Assembly (NCBI GenBank): GCA_000004985.1 | Contig: GG738853.1 | Source of the DNA: Naegleria gruberi | Taxonomy: Eukaryota | Direction: 5' to 3' (one strand) | DNA: 64,000 nt | Shown: piece by piece, positions 43,502 to 55,100 of the stretch | Layout: each line of letters begins with the position of its first letter | How positions within the stretch are numbered: position 1 is the first letter of the stretch | Position numbers and translations under genes: made by a program | The notes under the pieces: model-generated | Seen by the model: only the letters and a program-made list of their open reading frames with translations | What the model was told of the DNA's origin: nothing | Databases searched by the model: none

Positions 43502-45058
43502 AAGTTCTTTCAAACATTCTTGAGCATCAACAACAAACTTTTCTTCAGTGTATCTATCAGCACTCTTTCTGGCATTTTCTTGAATTTCTTTCATTTCTTC
43601 AGTGTGATATCTTGACAAAATATCATTGATTGCTTGTGAGTATTCCTTTTCAGTTTCAGCCAAGAAACCAGTCTTGTTTGGAGTGACGATATCAGATTTT
43701 GGTCCTCCAGAATTGTGCGAAAGAGTTATCAAACCAGCAGCCATATATTCAACAACACAAATTCCAAAATGTTCATTCCACATTGAGTGAATTCCTATCA
43801 TAGATTCACCAAGCTTTTCTAATAATTGAGAGAATGGAGCGTTAGTGATAATTTCAAATTGGGATGATGGAATTTCCATATCTTGTGCAAGTTTTTTAAG
43901 ATAGTCAACTCTTGCACTATCTTCTTCATTTCTACAACCTCCCAACAGAATAAGTTTGACATCCTTTTTAGAAATTCTTGTACTTCCTCCCAAATCATAT
44001 TCTTCATTTTTTAAGAATGAAGAGAATGCTCTAACTTGCAGAGCATGATCCTTTTCAGGTCTAAATTGACCAACGGACAAAATGTATGGCTTTCTTGTTT
44101 CATGAGCTAATGGAACAGTTGTTAAATGATCAACATTGCATGGAGGATAGACAATTTCAATATTCAAACGAGATTTTTTGATCTTTCTATTTCTTAACCA
44201 CCACAATGATTTAACATGTCCATGAGTCCAAGTGGAATTTACCATAACCATATCACAGAAGTATCCAGCAAAGAAGCCATAGAGAGCTGAGAAAATCTTG
44301 TAATAAGTCAATTTAAGACTTGTTTTTAAAGTACTGTTAGTAACACTGTCATCATTATTGTAAGCTGTCACTCTTTTAACAACTCTTTCCAACATATCAG
44401 TACTAATGGTTGGATAATGAGTATAAGATCCAACCTTACATCCAGCCAATTTAGCAACAAAGTAAGTAAATGGCAATCCATGAGTATCAATGAAAACATC
44501 AGGTGTATAGGTGCTAACAGCTTCCCATCCTAACATGATACTTGCCAAGCTTTGTCCAATAAGTGTTAATCTTGCTTTTGAAGCTGCTTCCAATAAATCT
44601 CTATTATATAAAAACACAACTTGAACAGGTCTATCCAATTCAATATTAAAAATCTTTTTAACCTTATCAGTAAGAATTTTTTCATATTGTTCTTCAGTGA
44701 TATTTTGAAAAGTTCCATTTTCATTAAGAGGTTTTCCAGAAAAGAGAACAACATGAACATCATCTCTCAATTGTTGAAGTGCTTTAATTATCCACCACAA
44801 AACACGTTCTCCTCCGGCACATCCTTCACTATATGGATGCATAAAAGCAACAACAGTTTCATCTTTTGGTGTTCGGAATTTACTTCTACAAGCCTTCTTT
44901 ATCGATGGGAAATAATTTACTCTGAGATAAATAATCACAAAAATTAAACTGATCACACTCAACACTGATTGATACCACATCAAATGAAACAGTGATGATT
45001 TTAAAATAAAATCAGGAATAATTCCCGATAGAAAAGTCTCTGGTGAAAAGAAGGTCAT
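43493..45058 (-). CDS. ALG11: ALG11-type GT4 glycosyltransferase (GDP-Man:Man3GlcNAc2-PP-dolichol alpha-1,2-mannosyltransferase), 521 aa
   Basis: N-terminal TM, then VAFMHPYSEGCAGGERVLWWIIKAL (compare ALG11 [25 protein letters not shown]). The GT4 C-terminal domain has the EHFGI motif (NEHFGICVVEYMAAGL). The last two codons and the stop overlap the Kelch gene 3' end. Confidence 0.8.
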   Translation of the reverse strand: MTFFSPETFLSGIIPDFILKSSLFHLMWYQSVLSVISLIFVIIYLRVNYFPSIKKACRSKFRTPKDETVVAFMHPYSEGCAGGERVLWWIIKALQQLRDDVHVVLFSGKPLNENGTFQNITEEQYEKILTDKVKKIFNIELDRPVQVVFLYNRDLLEAASKARLTLIGQSLASIMLGWEAVSTYTPDVFIDTHGLPFTYFVAKLAGCKVGSYTHYPTISTDMLERVVKRVTAYNNDDSVTNSTLKTSLKLTYYKIFSALYGFFAGYFCDMVMVNSTWTHGHVKSLWWLRNRKIKKSRLNIEIVYPPCNVDHLTTVPLAHETRKPYILSVGQFRPEKDHALQVRAFSSFLKNEEYDLGGSTRISKKDVKLILLGGCRNEEDSARVDYLKKLAQDMEIPSSQFEIITNAPFSQLLEKLGESMIGIHSMWNEHFGICVVEYMAAGLITLSHNSGGPKSDIVTPNKTGFLAETEKEYSQAINDILSRYHTEEMKEIQENARKSADRYTEEKFVVDAQECLKELLI

Positions 45059-45487
45059 TTTTTTTGATGTTTCTAATTAATTTAAGATTTGAAAATTTGG
45101 AGATGTATTTAACATAATTTTAGTGGCACGTGTTTGAATGAAAAACACGAATATCAAGATTTTTGTTTTGTTACAGGTGTTTGTGTTGTTGTTCCTTGTT
45201 ATTCCTCACGATGAGGAGATTATTAGCCAATCTTTATGGCTTGACCTTTATCGAACTTTTTTATCAAAAACTCTCAAATTCCAATCAGACCACTCTAGAC
45301 GCTCTACTGCACTCAATCTTAACCCAAATCCTTCAAATGTTGCACAGAGTCCTTAATTGCCTAAAAGTGTGGTCTCAGGTCGTTATTGATACAAGATACT
45401 TTGATAAACTTACACCTTTTATAATCGAAACCTTTCTCTCACCGTTCAACAGACACCAAGTTTAAATTTCGAAGGTTATTATCGTAA

Positions 45488-45559
45488 GGGACCATGGTCT
45501 AGTGGTATGATTCTCGCTTTGGGTGCGAGAGGCCGTGGGTTCGATTCCCACTGGTCCCC
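45488..45559 (+). tRNA. tRNA-Pro(UGG): tRNA-Pro (anticodon UGG), 72 nt
   Basis: GGGACCATGGTCTAGTGGTATGATTCTCGCTTTGGGTGCGAGAGGCCGTGGGTTCGATTCCCACTGGTCCCC. The D-arm and anticodon arm are identical to canonical eukaryotic tRNA-Pro, with anticodon loop TTTGGGT. Confidence 0.85.
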
Positions 45560-45716
45560 TTTCCTTTCATGTAACTTTGAAAATTCCAACTTTAATATGT
45601 TTTGCTTATTGGAATTTTGTATAAAATTCGTGTTATTGCCTTAGTTCAATAAATTTAGTTTAAGGTTTAAATTGAGTTTTTTGGGTACCTCCAATAAAAT
45701 TAATTGTAAAACAATC

Positions 45717-45782
45717 CTCCCATGCCGGGAATTGACCCTCCTGGGTGAAAGCCAGGTATCCTAGCCATTGGACTACACGGGA
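45717..45782 (-). pseudogene. tRNA-Glu(UUC) pseudogene: 66 nt, with a 6-nt deletion removing the 5' half of the T stem
   Basis: Identical to the intact tRNA-Glu at 63313..63384 except that ACCCGG is missing (GGGAATTGA-CCCTCCTGG against GGGAATTGAACCCGGACCTCCTGG). About 45 bp of 5' flank, including a TATA-like element, is also shared. Confidence 0.6.
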
Positions 45783-45809
45783 TCTCATTCACAATGAGAA
45801 TATTCTCAT

Positions 45810-45822
45810 TTTATAGATAAAT
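45810..45822 (-). promoter_or_regulatory. TATA-like upstream element (TTTATCTATAAAA on the tRNA strand) about 30-40 nt 5' of the tRNA-Glu pseudogene
   Basis: The same element (TTTTATCTATGAAA) sits at the same distance upstream of the intact tRNA-Glu at 63414..63424. The conserved 5' flank suggests an upstream Pol III promoter element. Confidence 0.3.
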
Positions 45823-45991
45823 GCTGAAAACTCTCAGATTTTAGAAAACCTCGAGTTCCCCTCTCAAAATAAGACTCAAAAGCCTTAAAAGAATGGTTAT
45901 ACGATCTTGGTACCTGGTAATAAGTACCATCACTGATATTTATCGAAGTGATGAAAATTTGGGTGTACCCAAACGCCTTAATAAAACAAAA

Positions 45992-46109
45992 GACTACAGC
46001 ACCACAGGTTCCCAAGTTGTCTCCAACCTCAGTACTGATGTGGCTCGACGATGCTTAACTTCTCAAATCGGACGGGATGAGGTGCATTCATCGTGATATG
46101 GCCGTAGCC
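45992..46109 (-). rRNA. 5S rRNA: 5S ribosomal RNA gene (118 nt), dispersed copy 2
   Basis: 118/118 identical to the copy at 15786..15903. Its flanking sequence is unrelated, and a T-run terminator follows. Confidence 0.85.
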
Positions 46110-46202
46110 ATTGATAATATCAAAATCTTAATACTGAATAAGAAACCGAATCTTGTACATTAAACATTAATAAGAATAGCGAACTGTTAATTTACGTAAG
46201 CA

Positions 46203-46268
46203 AAAAAGGAGTAGCAAATCTAGGTTTCGATCCTAGGACCTATGGGTTATGAGCCCATCGCGCTGCGC
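46203..46268 (-). pseudogene. Initiator-type tRNA-Met (CAU)-like gene with a truncated D-arm (66 nt); probable pseudogene
   Basis: Reverse complement AGCAAATTGGCGCAGCGCGATGGGCTCATAACCCATAGGTCCTAGGATCGAAACCTAGATTTGCTA. Initiator hallmarks are present: a perfect 7-bp acceptor stem, a GGG/CCC anticodon stem, the CAU anticodon, and an A54/A60 T-loop (GATCGAAAC). But only 3 nt lie between the D-stem halves, so about 6 nt of the D-loop are missing. Confidence 0.5.
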
Positions 46269-46860
46269 CAATTTGCTTTTCATTTACCTATTAAAATTTA
46301 GTCCAACTTTCAAGCGGTTTAACATGGCCTTTGAGACTTGATCATATTTCTGATTTGTAAGTGTTTCTATATCCATAGTTATCCAATTACATTATTCAAC
46401 ATTCTATCAATCCTCTCTAATCCTAAACAATCACTTCGAATATTAGTTGACTGCCAAGCTCGAATTTGATTCTTAGTCAACAAAATCAATTTGACCGGTT
46501 TAAAAAGTATTTTCCGGTCCTCTCTTCCACCAATCACTCTCTTTACTGACTCGAAAGACGACGTACCTCACAGTTCATACAGTCAAAGACTGTAGCGGGA
46601 CAGTCGCCATATTCCTGGCAGGCTTCCCGTCTAGTAAAATTAATTGAAAAGTTTCAAATTGTTGTAAATCACAACTACACTGTAAATTTGATTCTTTATT
46701 GTTTTAAAGTTGTGCATTTGAAACTCGTTCTTTACAAAGAAGGAATTCTAATATTAAGGTAAAACTAACTTTAAATAATATTTTCAAATACTATACACTT
46801 AATTAAATTTGAAAATATTATTTATATAAATAATAATGAAAAAAAATAAACAATTGGTAT

Positions 46861-48240
46861 TTACATATTTACAGTTTGTTGATTGACTCGTTGTTGAGCT
46901 TGAATTCTTGTTGAGAAACCGTTGAGTCCTCTCTGTTCAACTCTAAATGAAGTGGCACTACAAGCTAATTTCACACTTTCAAATACTTGTTCGCTTGAAA
47001 ATGAAAGTTTGTTGGAAGTATTTGCTGTTGAATTCCTCACAAGTAACTCAGCAACAAAACAAGATAGAAAAGTATCACCAGCTCCAGTTTCGTCCAAAAC
47101 TCTAACTGGTTTGTAGGAAGAGAAATATTTAACAATTGGTGTTGAACTATTTGATCTCAACCTAGGCAAAGACAATTGAATATTTTCTCCTTCGCAAGCA
47201 CAAACACAACCAGATGATCCCATTGTAACTGTTACAATTGGAAATCCATAATTCTTTTGAATATGGTATGCACATTCTTCAGGTGTCATTTCAGAGCTAT
47301 TTGGAATACATTTCTTTGCTTCATCATGATCTAATTTAATGACTGAAATAATCTTACTCAAAGTTTCCAACACTTCCTCTAAATATTCGATAGTATTATG
47401 AGAAACTTGACCACTTTCTGTATCAATTTTTCTCAAATAACCCTGAATATCAGTACAAACTAGAAAATCTGACTGAATTTCTTTAAAAACCTGATTTGTA
47501 AAAGCATTCACAAAGTGATGATCAAACTCTGCAGCTACTGGAACAAAGAGCAATGCTCTAACTTGATGTAATTCTCTAATCATTAAATTAATTGATTCAT
47601 CTTGTTTGAAAATACTTCCTCTATCTCTACAATTCAAGCTTCTACTGTTAGAAGCATTTTCAAGTGAATCAAATGGAGGATATAATAATTCATATTGAGT
47701 TAATTTAGATGATTGATCTTCCTCAACAAGAATCATGTCAAACATTTTCATTCTTTTTAAATGTTTGGCTTCTGACAGATCAGGTTGGAATGTCTTGTGA
47801 AATTGCTTATTAATTATTGGAGATTCACATGCAACCATTGTTATTGAATCATCTTCATTAGCAGCATGTTCCAACCCATTGAAAAACTGACTCAAAATCA
47901 TCACATCATGTTTTCCAATTTTAGTCAATATTTTAGGATGAATTTTAAAATGTTGATTATTAGAATAATACATTTGATTATCAATATTCTTCATATAATG
48001 TTGAAAGGCTAAACATCCAAACATGACTGATCCTCCGAGTGATTTGTTGACTATTTTTCTATATCCTTGATAATGAATTGAATTAGCATCTTCATCGGAA
48101 TTTAATTCTTGTTCAATGTGATGATGTTGTGATGATGAAATACCATTCGGAGTATGTTGGTGATGATCTTTCTCAAAGGTAATAATTGTATCTTGAGTGA
48201 TATTACCAACGAATATTACTTGTTTTTCATTCAACATCAT
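46861..48240 (-). CDS. pfkB-family carbohydrate kinase (ribokinase-like fold) with large insertions, 459 aa
   Basis: N-terminal VIFVGNITQDTII and the C-terminal pfkB signature VLDETGAGDTFLSCFVAEL. Single exon, ATG at 48240. Confidence 0.65.
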   Translation of the reverse strand: MMLNEKQVIFVGNITQDTIITFEKDHHQHTPNGISSSQHHHIEQELNSDEDANSIHYQGYRKIVNKSLGGSVMFGCLAFQHYMKNIDNQMYYSNNQHFKIHPKILTKIGKHDVMILSQFFNGLEHAANEDDSITMVACESPIINKQFHKTFQPDLSEAKHLKRMKMFDMILVEEDQSSKLTQYELLYPPFDSLENASNSRSLNCRDRGSIFKQDESINLMIRELHQVRALLFVPVAAEFDHHFVNAFTNQVFKEIQSDFLVCTDIQGYLRKIDTESGQVSHNTIEYLEEVLETLSKIISVIKLDHDEAKKCIPNSSEMTPEECAYHIQKNYGFPIVTVTMGSSGCVCACEGENIQLSLPRLRSNSSTPIVKYFSSYKPVRVLDETGAGDTFLSCFVAELLVRNSTANTSNKLSFSSEQVFESVKLACSATSFRVEQRGLNGFSTRIQAQQRVNQQTVNM

Positions 48241-48731
48241 TTTGGAATATTGACTTGCACCACTTGTTCTTTTTTGATTTAAACGAAGGCAATTTGTTTC
48301 ACTGTGTTTACTTGTTGTCGTTTGCTTCTAGTTTTGGTTTTTTTCTATTAATTACCAATATTCAGTTAAGCGTTTTATATTTATTATTGAGGGACTTTTT
48401 CGTGTACCATAAAATAAGAGGGAGCAACAAGTTTGAACTTTGCAACCGATTTTTCAAATGTTCATCAAGGTTTTCTCAAAGTGTGATTGTGGGCCTAGTA
48501 ACTTGTATCTCTTCAATATGAAATAATGTTGGAAGAAGGTTGTTTAGCTATTGAGATCTATTCTTAACTCAATTAGAATCTAATTCTTATTTTATATTTA
48601 TGATAATAATAGGAGTATTGAAGTGTCAGTGTAAAGGCAGAGAAAGAAAGTTTACAATAATTTATACAATAGCTATTCCATTTACTAATCCAATTTTTGA
48701 CAAAATTTTAGAAATTTAATAATCAAAATAA

Positions 48732-49565
48732 ATGAAATTTATTAAAAAAATGTCTGAAAATAATCTGTTGATTGTTCACGCCTTGAGGAAGACTAATAGC
48801 AGCAGCGATAATGCTACTGTAGAATATACACAAGAGGAAATTTTAGAACAAGTGATCGGGATTGATAATTTTGTGAAGGAGAATAATATTAAATTAAAAT
48901 TACAAACTAAATATTATAGTGCTGATATTAATATACATTTTTGGAATGTTGAAAAGGAGAGTGTTTGTCCTTTTGATTGGAAAAGTTCTTCCGTGCAAGT
49001 GATTGTTGGTATTCCTGATTATCAATCGGATATGGTTTTGGAAGCAATTTTAAAATATAGTAATGAGATTGAATCTGGTTTTATTTATCATTTAGAACAA
49101 CCAAATGAAAAACTGGCAAAAGAATCACAATCTTGGTGTGTTGATAACAATTTTGAAATGGTTGTGAAAAATTTTACTGAAGAAAAAACTGATAATGGAA
49201 TTATTGAGGAGAAACAAGGTATTAAACGATTGATGGAAGCTATTGAATGTACAATGTGGCCAGCAATGAATAGAATTGATCCAAAGGCAGTAAAGGCTCA
49301 ACAAGAATCTTCCAAGAAAGAAGAGAAGCCAATCGAACAAATCAAAGATGCTAAAGAATTATTAGGCAGTGAAGCTGAAATTGTGGAAGAGGATGAAAAA
49401 GAAATTGAATCATTCGAACGTCTAATGCATGAAATTCTCAATATTAGAAAGGATAGTAAAACTATTGGAGATGATGAAAGAAAGAAGAGAGCTGAATTGG
49501 CCACCCTCAAACTCTTGTCAATGATGGGAGATGAAGATGAGTATTTATCTGATGAGGATTATTAA
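48732..49565 (+). CDS. Hypothetical acidic protein (277 aa); possibly alpha/gamma-adaptin-binding protein p34 (AAGAB)-like
   Basis: Real ATG, single exon. N-terminal LLIVHAL segment, a central ...GIKRLMEAIECTMWPAM motif, and an acidic C-terminus (DEDEYLSDEDY*). The family assignment is tentative. Confidence 0.5.
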   Translation: MKFIKKMSENNLLIVHALRKTNSSSDNATVEYTQEEILEQVIGIDNFVKENNIKLKLQTKYYSADINIHFWNVEKESVCPFDWKSSSVQVIVGIPDYQSDMVLEAILKYSNEIESGFIYHLEQPNEKLAKESQSWCVDNNFEMVVKNFTEEKTDNGIIEEKQGIKRLMEAIECTMWPAMNRIDPKAVKAQQESSKKEEKPIEQIKDAKELLGSEAEIVEEDEKEIESFERLMHEILNIRKDSKTIGDDERKKRAELATLKLLSMMGDEDEYLSDEDY

Positions 49566-49644
49566 ACTACTAAAAGTGTAAATAAAGACTTGTCAGTTGA
49601 CTTTCAAGAATGAAAATTGTTTTGAATATAAATTAATTATTTGT

Positions 49645-51483
49645 TTATCTCATATTTCCCATACCACCCATCATTTGTTGTTGTCTTTGTTGATCGTGTT
49701 GATTTTGTTCACTTTCTGGATTCTTGACAGTTTCATCAACTGACAGAACGAGAGTAGCAGCTTCGATCGAGGAAACGAGAGCATTTCTCTTAATGAGAGA
49801 TGGTTCCCAAACAAAGTTGTTAAAATTATCAGCAACATCTTCAGTCTTCATGTCAACACCATACCAAACACCATCCTTGTCTTGATGCTTCTTTCTCAGC
49901 TTATTCAAAATATTTGTAGCATCAAAACCAGCATTTTCAGATAATTGTCTTGGAATAATTTCAAGAGCTTTAGCGAAGGCCAAAATGATTAATTGAGATT
50001 TACCCTTAATACTTCTAGCATGGCTCTTCAAGTGAGCACTGATATCCATTTCAACAGCACCACCACCAGCAACAATTGATGTATTCTTCAAAGTTCTTCT
50101 GACGACCATGATAGCATCGTGCAATGATCTTTCAGCTTCAGCAATGAATTGTTCAGCACCACCACGCAAAACAACAGTAGCAGTCTTGGAGTGAGCACAT
50201 TCAGTGAAAATGTTAAATCTTTCATTACCAACTTGTCTTTCTTCAAAGAGTCCACAAACACCCAAATCAGAATCATTAACCTTTGAGACAGTAGTCAAAA
50301 TCTTAGAACCAGTAGCCTTTGTGACACGGAGCAAATCATCTTCAGCAACACGACCAGCACAGAAAAGTCCTCTATCAGCAAAGTATTGAGTAGCAAGATC
50401 ACCAATGGCCTTCTTGGAAAGGACAATCTTAGCACCACTAGCAACAATCTTTTCCAATTTATCATAAATAATCTTCCATTCAGCATCAACAATAGATTGA
50501 TATTGTTCTGGGTTATTCAACTTGATTTCAGCGTTATCCTTTTCAGCCTTCAATTCAAGTTCAATATTGAGAGTAATAATTTTAGGAGAAATAAACTTCT
50601 TAGGTTGTTGTTCAAAACCAGCATATGAGAAACTCTTCTTGAAAGCAACACCCTTAACGAGGAAAGATTCTTGCATAGAACCACCTGGAACTTGTTTAAC
50701 ACCAATTAAATCAATATCCAAATCATCATCCAATGAAAGAACAGAATCAACAACCATTTCAGAGAAGTGATCGGATTCAATACCACCAATCAATTTAGAT
50801 GAAAGTGATGTTCTGGCAATCTTTCTAAGAAGGTCTCTAGTCTTGTTATTGTCGGTTTTATCAATTTGTACAGCAATTTCTTCCAATCTCTTCAATGCAA
50901 TTCTAAGAGCTTCTCTATAGGCTTTAATGATGAGTTGTGGATGGACACCTTCTTGTATAAATTGTTTGGCTTCCTTCAAGAATTCACCTGCCAAAATTGT
51001 TGTTGTTGTTGTACCATCACCAACTTCACTATCTTGTGATTTAGCAATATCTACTAAAAGTTTAGCTGCTGGATGGACAACATCCAACAATTTAAGAATA
51101 GTGGCACCGTCGTTTGAGATTGTAGCACGACGACCATCGTGTATAAGTTTATCCATTCCTCTAGGACCAAGAGTGGTCTTAATAACATCAACAATAGCAT
51201 AACAAGCGTCAATGTTTGATAAGAGTTGTCCAACACCTTGTGAGGTATCTGTACCATCCTTCAAGAGGATTATGCTAGGTTGCTATAATAATATTCCAAT
51301 ATTATCAATTTGTTGTTGTTGTATATCGAATGATGATGATGAATCCAACAGTTGTTTTCAAAAGAGTTCAAGAAAGTCATCAAAAGTTTTACATTAAAGT
51401 GAGTGTATAAAATCCGTAACATTAATAGGATGAATATTTGTTAACAACTACTCATTCTTCTAACATACCATCATATGAGACAT
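49645..51483 (-). CDS. CCT7: T-complex protein 1 (CCT/TRiC) subunit eta, 2 exons: complement(51469..51483, 49645..51282), about 550 aa
   Basis: Collinear with CCT7: [149 protein letters not shown] 5-codon exon 1 (MSHMM, ATG at 51483, donor ATG|GTATGT) joins [12 protein letters not shown] (compare CCT7 MMPTPVILLKEGTD) across a 186-nt intron. Confidence 0.8.
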
Positions 51484-52129
51484 TTTGTATTCCTAATCTT
51501 TTTGTTGTTGTATCGATTGTACAAAAGGTAGTACTCTGGAGGTTAATAGCAGGGTACTTATTTTTTTCGGATTTGTTTTCCGTGTTTCTTACAAAAATGA
51601 AGGCAAGATGATGAGAGAACATCAACCTACAAAATGTATGACAAGTTAGTTGTTTGTATTATTATTATTAAATAATAGAATAGGCTTGTATTTTGTATGG
51701 TTGAGTTCAACAAGCATATAATCATGTAGGAGAAATTTTGAAGAGGTTAATGGACACTGTAGGATTAGATGATTTTGAATATTATTATGATGACAATTAT
51801 TGTATTTTAAAATCATATTGTTGTTCTTAATAATAGCTGATCTCTTATTGATAATTTTGAGAACATATAAAATTGTTTAAAAAGATGAAGGTCTTTGATC
51901 AATCATATTTAATATTTATTGCTCTATCGTAAAGGTGATGGAAATAAAATCATCTAATTGTCATCACACAATAAAATCTAATTTAAAAAAAAATTATTGT
52001 GATAAAGACAAGAAAATCATCAACAGTTTGTGAGTGTTTATTGCCGATAAAGAGTTGATCATCACATTGTCATCACATCATCATCAGAACAGAATTGAAA
52101 TTATTTATTATTATTAAAAATAGAAGATA

Positions 52130-55100
52130 ATGGATCAATATCAAATTGAATGGAGAACAGCACCCGTTCCTGTTATTGCTCTTGTAAAAAACAAGAGACT
52201 TCATGATGGATTGATTACATGTATTCAAAATAATATTTCTAGAAAGATTAAAATACTTAGCCTCGAGAATGAAAATGAAATAATCAAACCAAAATCAATT
52301 ACTTCCAAATCAAATATTAATTTGTTTGAAAACTTGAGTATGAACTCAATTTTAATATCAAGTAATGTTACTGCTAATTCCGTTATGAATAGTAGTAGTA
52401 GTAATAATAACCAAATATCGTCACCAGTAGTATTAACAAGTCCACCACCTTTACAACCATCATTATCAAGTTCTTCTATCACTTCATCTTCATCATCTAC
52501 ATCTAAAGATTTACCACCACTTCCTTCACATTTGTTAAATAATAATCCTACTAATAGATTTGAAGGAACTAAACCTGCAGGTATATTTAAACGTGGCTGG
52601 TTTAAAAAACATCAAGAATTGATACCAAGTGTTTGTGTAATTATTGTTCATTGGAAATCAGATGAACATTCTACTTGGCGTGCACAAGAAAGTGAAATTG
52701 CTAAAAAAATCTTAGCTGTAAAGGAAACAAGAACAGGAAAAAACACAAAATTTGTTGCAATAATTGTAACAAAGAAATCAACTCCTGTGAGTGAAGTTCA
52801 AGTTGATCCAAACACTTACATGTCAACTGATGATTTTATTTATAATGTCAGAAAAGCAGCTAATTTGGATAGTAAGAATATTATTTTAATGAAAGAATCT
52901 GAAATTAGTGATGATCAATCTTTTAAAACAAAGCTTACAAAACCTATAAAGGAATCTATTGTAAATTACTATAAGGAACAAATGAATATGGTTAAAAAGT
53001 TTAAGAGTGATATTAACAAAACTACTCAACCATATTATTTTGTAAGACATAGAATGAAAGTGGCATTTTACTATGACATTTTGATGAATAGTGGTTTAAC
53101 TACTCAATCGTCTATTCAAAAGATGATTAAATATCTTACACAGGCATATACAGCACTGCAAAATGTGTCAACTACAGATTTTCTTGTAGAGGAAATCAAA
53201 ACTTTGGGAGATATGCTTAATTTTAAACTTTGTTTTATCAAATTATCAGATAAGAAAATTGATATGGCTGTAAAACAATTTTTGAAACACATTTCATGGT
53301 ACAAATTAATTCATGAGGAGGATTATTCATCTAGCTCTATCGATCAATTTAAATTCCATGCAAGAGTTTATTTGCAATACAGAATGATGGGAGAAATTCT
53401 TGAAAGAATTCCACCAAATTTACTTTCACCTGATCAAAGATATCAAAATCCAGGATTTTATTATCAAGCAGCAGCTACACATGCCAAATATAGAAAAACA
53501 TATGCTTCCAATGTATGTGACCTTCACAAGGAATTGGTAGATTCCATATTTGCAGGCAATGAAGAATTGTTAACAAAAATCAAAATTGAAGATTATCACT
53601 ACTTGACTGGATATTATGGTAAAGTGATTGAAATGCCAGAACTTTCAGAAAAATTGAAGGGAAATACTAACGGTATTAATATTAGAAATATCAGAGATAT
53701 TGCTCGTGAGCTAATTCTTGCTAAACATTCAGAAACTATAATTCAAATGTTAACCAATGCTTACAATCACTTCAATGTTAAAAAAGATTCTCAACTTAAA
53801 AGAATGATGTACTATATTGCAAGCAGTATTGCTAGTGAACATTACGAGTCTGGAAACTATGAGAAGAGTAAAGTTTTCTTTGACAAGATTGCCAAACACT
53901 ACAGAAAAGAACAATGGTATGAACTGTTGACAGTAGTGTTACAGAGATCACTGGAATGTTCAAAACAATTGAAACTTTCAAAACAATTTGTTTTACACGC
54001 TCTTGAATTAATTTCAACTTGTAAGTTTAAATGATATAATACTTTTTAACACTAAAATTTCACAGTAATGACAAATCCACTTCAAGAAAAACATCAACAT
54101 TTGAATGATTTATTATTATTTATTAACACACCTGATCAAGTTATTTTACCTCCATTGTCCTCTCCTGTTGTTATAGATATGGACTCTAAAAATGTTTTAT
54201 TCCAACTTAAAACACAATTCAGTGTTCCTTTTGCATCTGTCTACCAACCAATTCAATTTTCAGTTCAAATCACTTCTTATATTCCTTCTGATTTGAGAAT
54301 TTCATCCTTGACAATTTTGTTCAGTGACAAGGAGTATAATATTCATATTCAAGATGGGCAACCAATTCCAATTCCAACATTACCTGATGCTAAAGTGAAA
54401 GAGAGTAATGGTGTTCAACAAGTTAATGAATCAGCTAGTCAATCTGGTGAACCTTTGGATTTGGTTTTGAAGGCAAACTGTCAACCATGTACTTTTAATT
54501 TCCCACTCATAATTAAGCAAAGACAAGATCTTCAATGTTTAGGAGTTTCACTTTCTCTTAAAGGACCAGTTCCAAACCAAGAAATTAGATTCCAGTGGAA
54601 ATTCTTAGATAATGAATATTTCCTAACACTTTTGAAGAGTTACGATTATAGACTTTTCTACTCTGAGGGATTGTTTGTTGAGAGACCTGTTGTGATTATT
54701 ACAGAACCAGAACCTAATCTTTCTCTTTCGTTTGCTCACTTACCTCCAGCTCTTGTAAATGAATATTATAGTATCAGTAAGTTTTCAAGAATTTGAATTA
54801 TTTTTATTAATCCTTGTAAAGAAATAACATTACATTCCAACGATGATCACGTAACTGAAGGAAGGTTGGTCATTGATAACATTCCATCTGTAGAGATTAC
54901 TCACATCTATCAAGATGAATTGGTTCCACTAACAAGCGAGGGTATCAAAGTGCCAGAAATTGTTGCTAATGGAAGTTACAGCGTTATCATTTTCTTGAAA
55001 TGTGAAAAGCCAGGAATCAACAAACTACAGTGTAGAGTCTCTTACGGAACTAAACTTTATCCACAATTAGAAAGAAGTACATCGTTTGATGTTTCTTGTC

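Noticed and set aside
52130-54034. Treating ORF-track pieces 52130..54034, 54068..54796 and 54866..56065 as three separate genes
   Set aside because: They are collinear with the N-terminal, middle and Gryzun regions of TRAPPC11, and are joined in phase by two 45-nt GTAAGT introns, so this is one gene.
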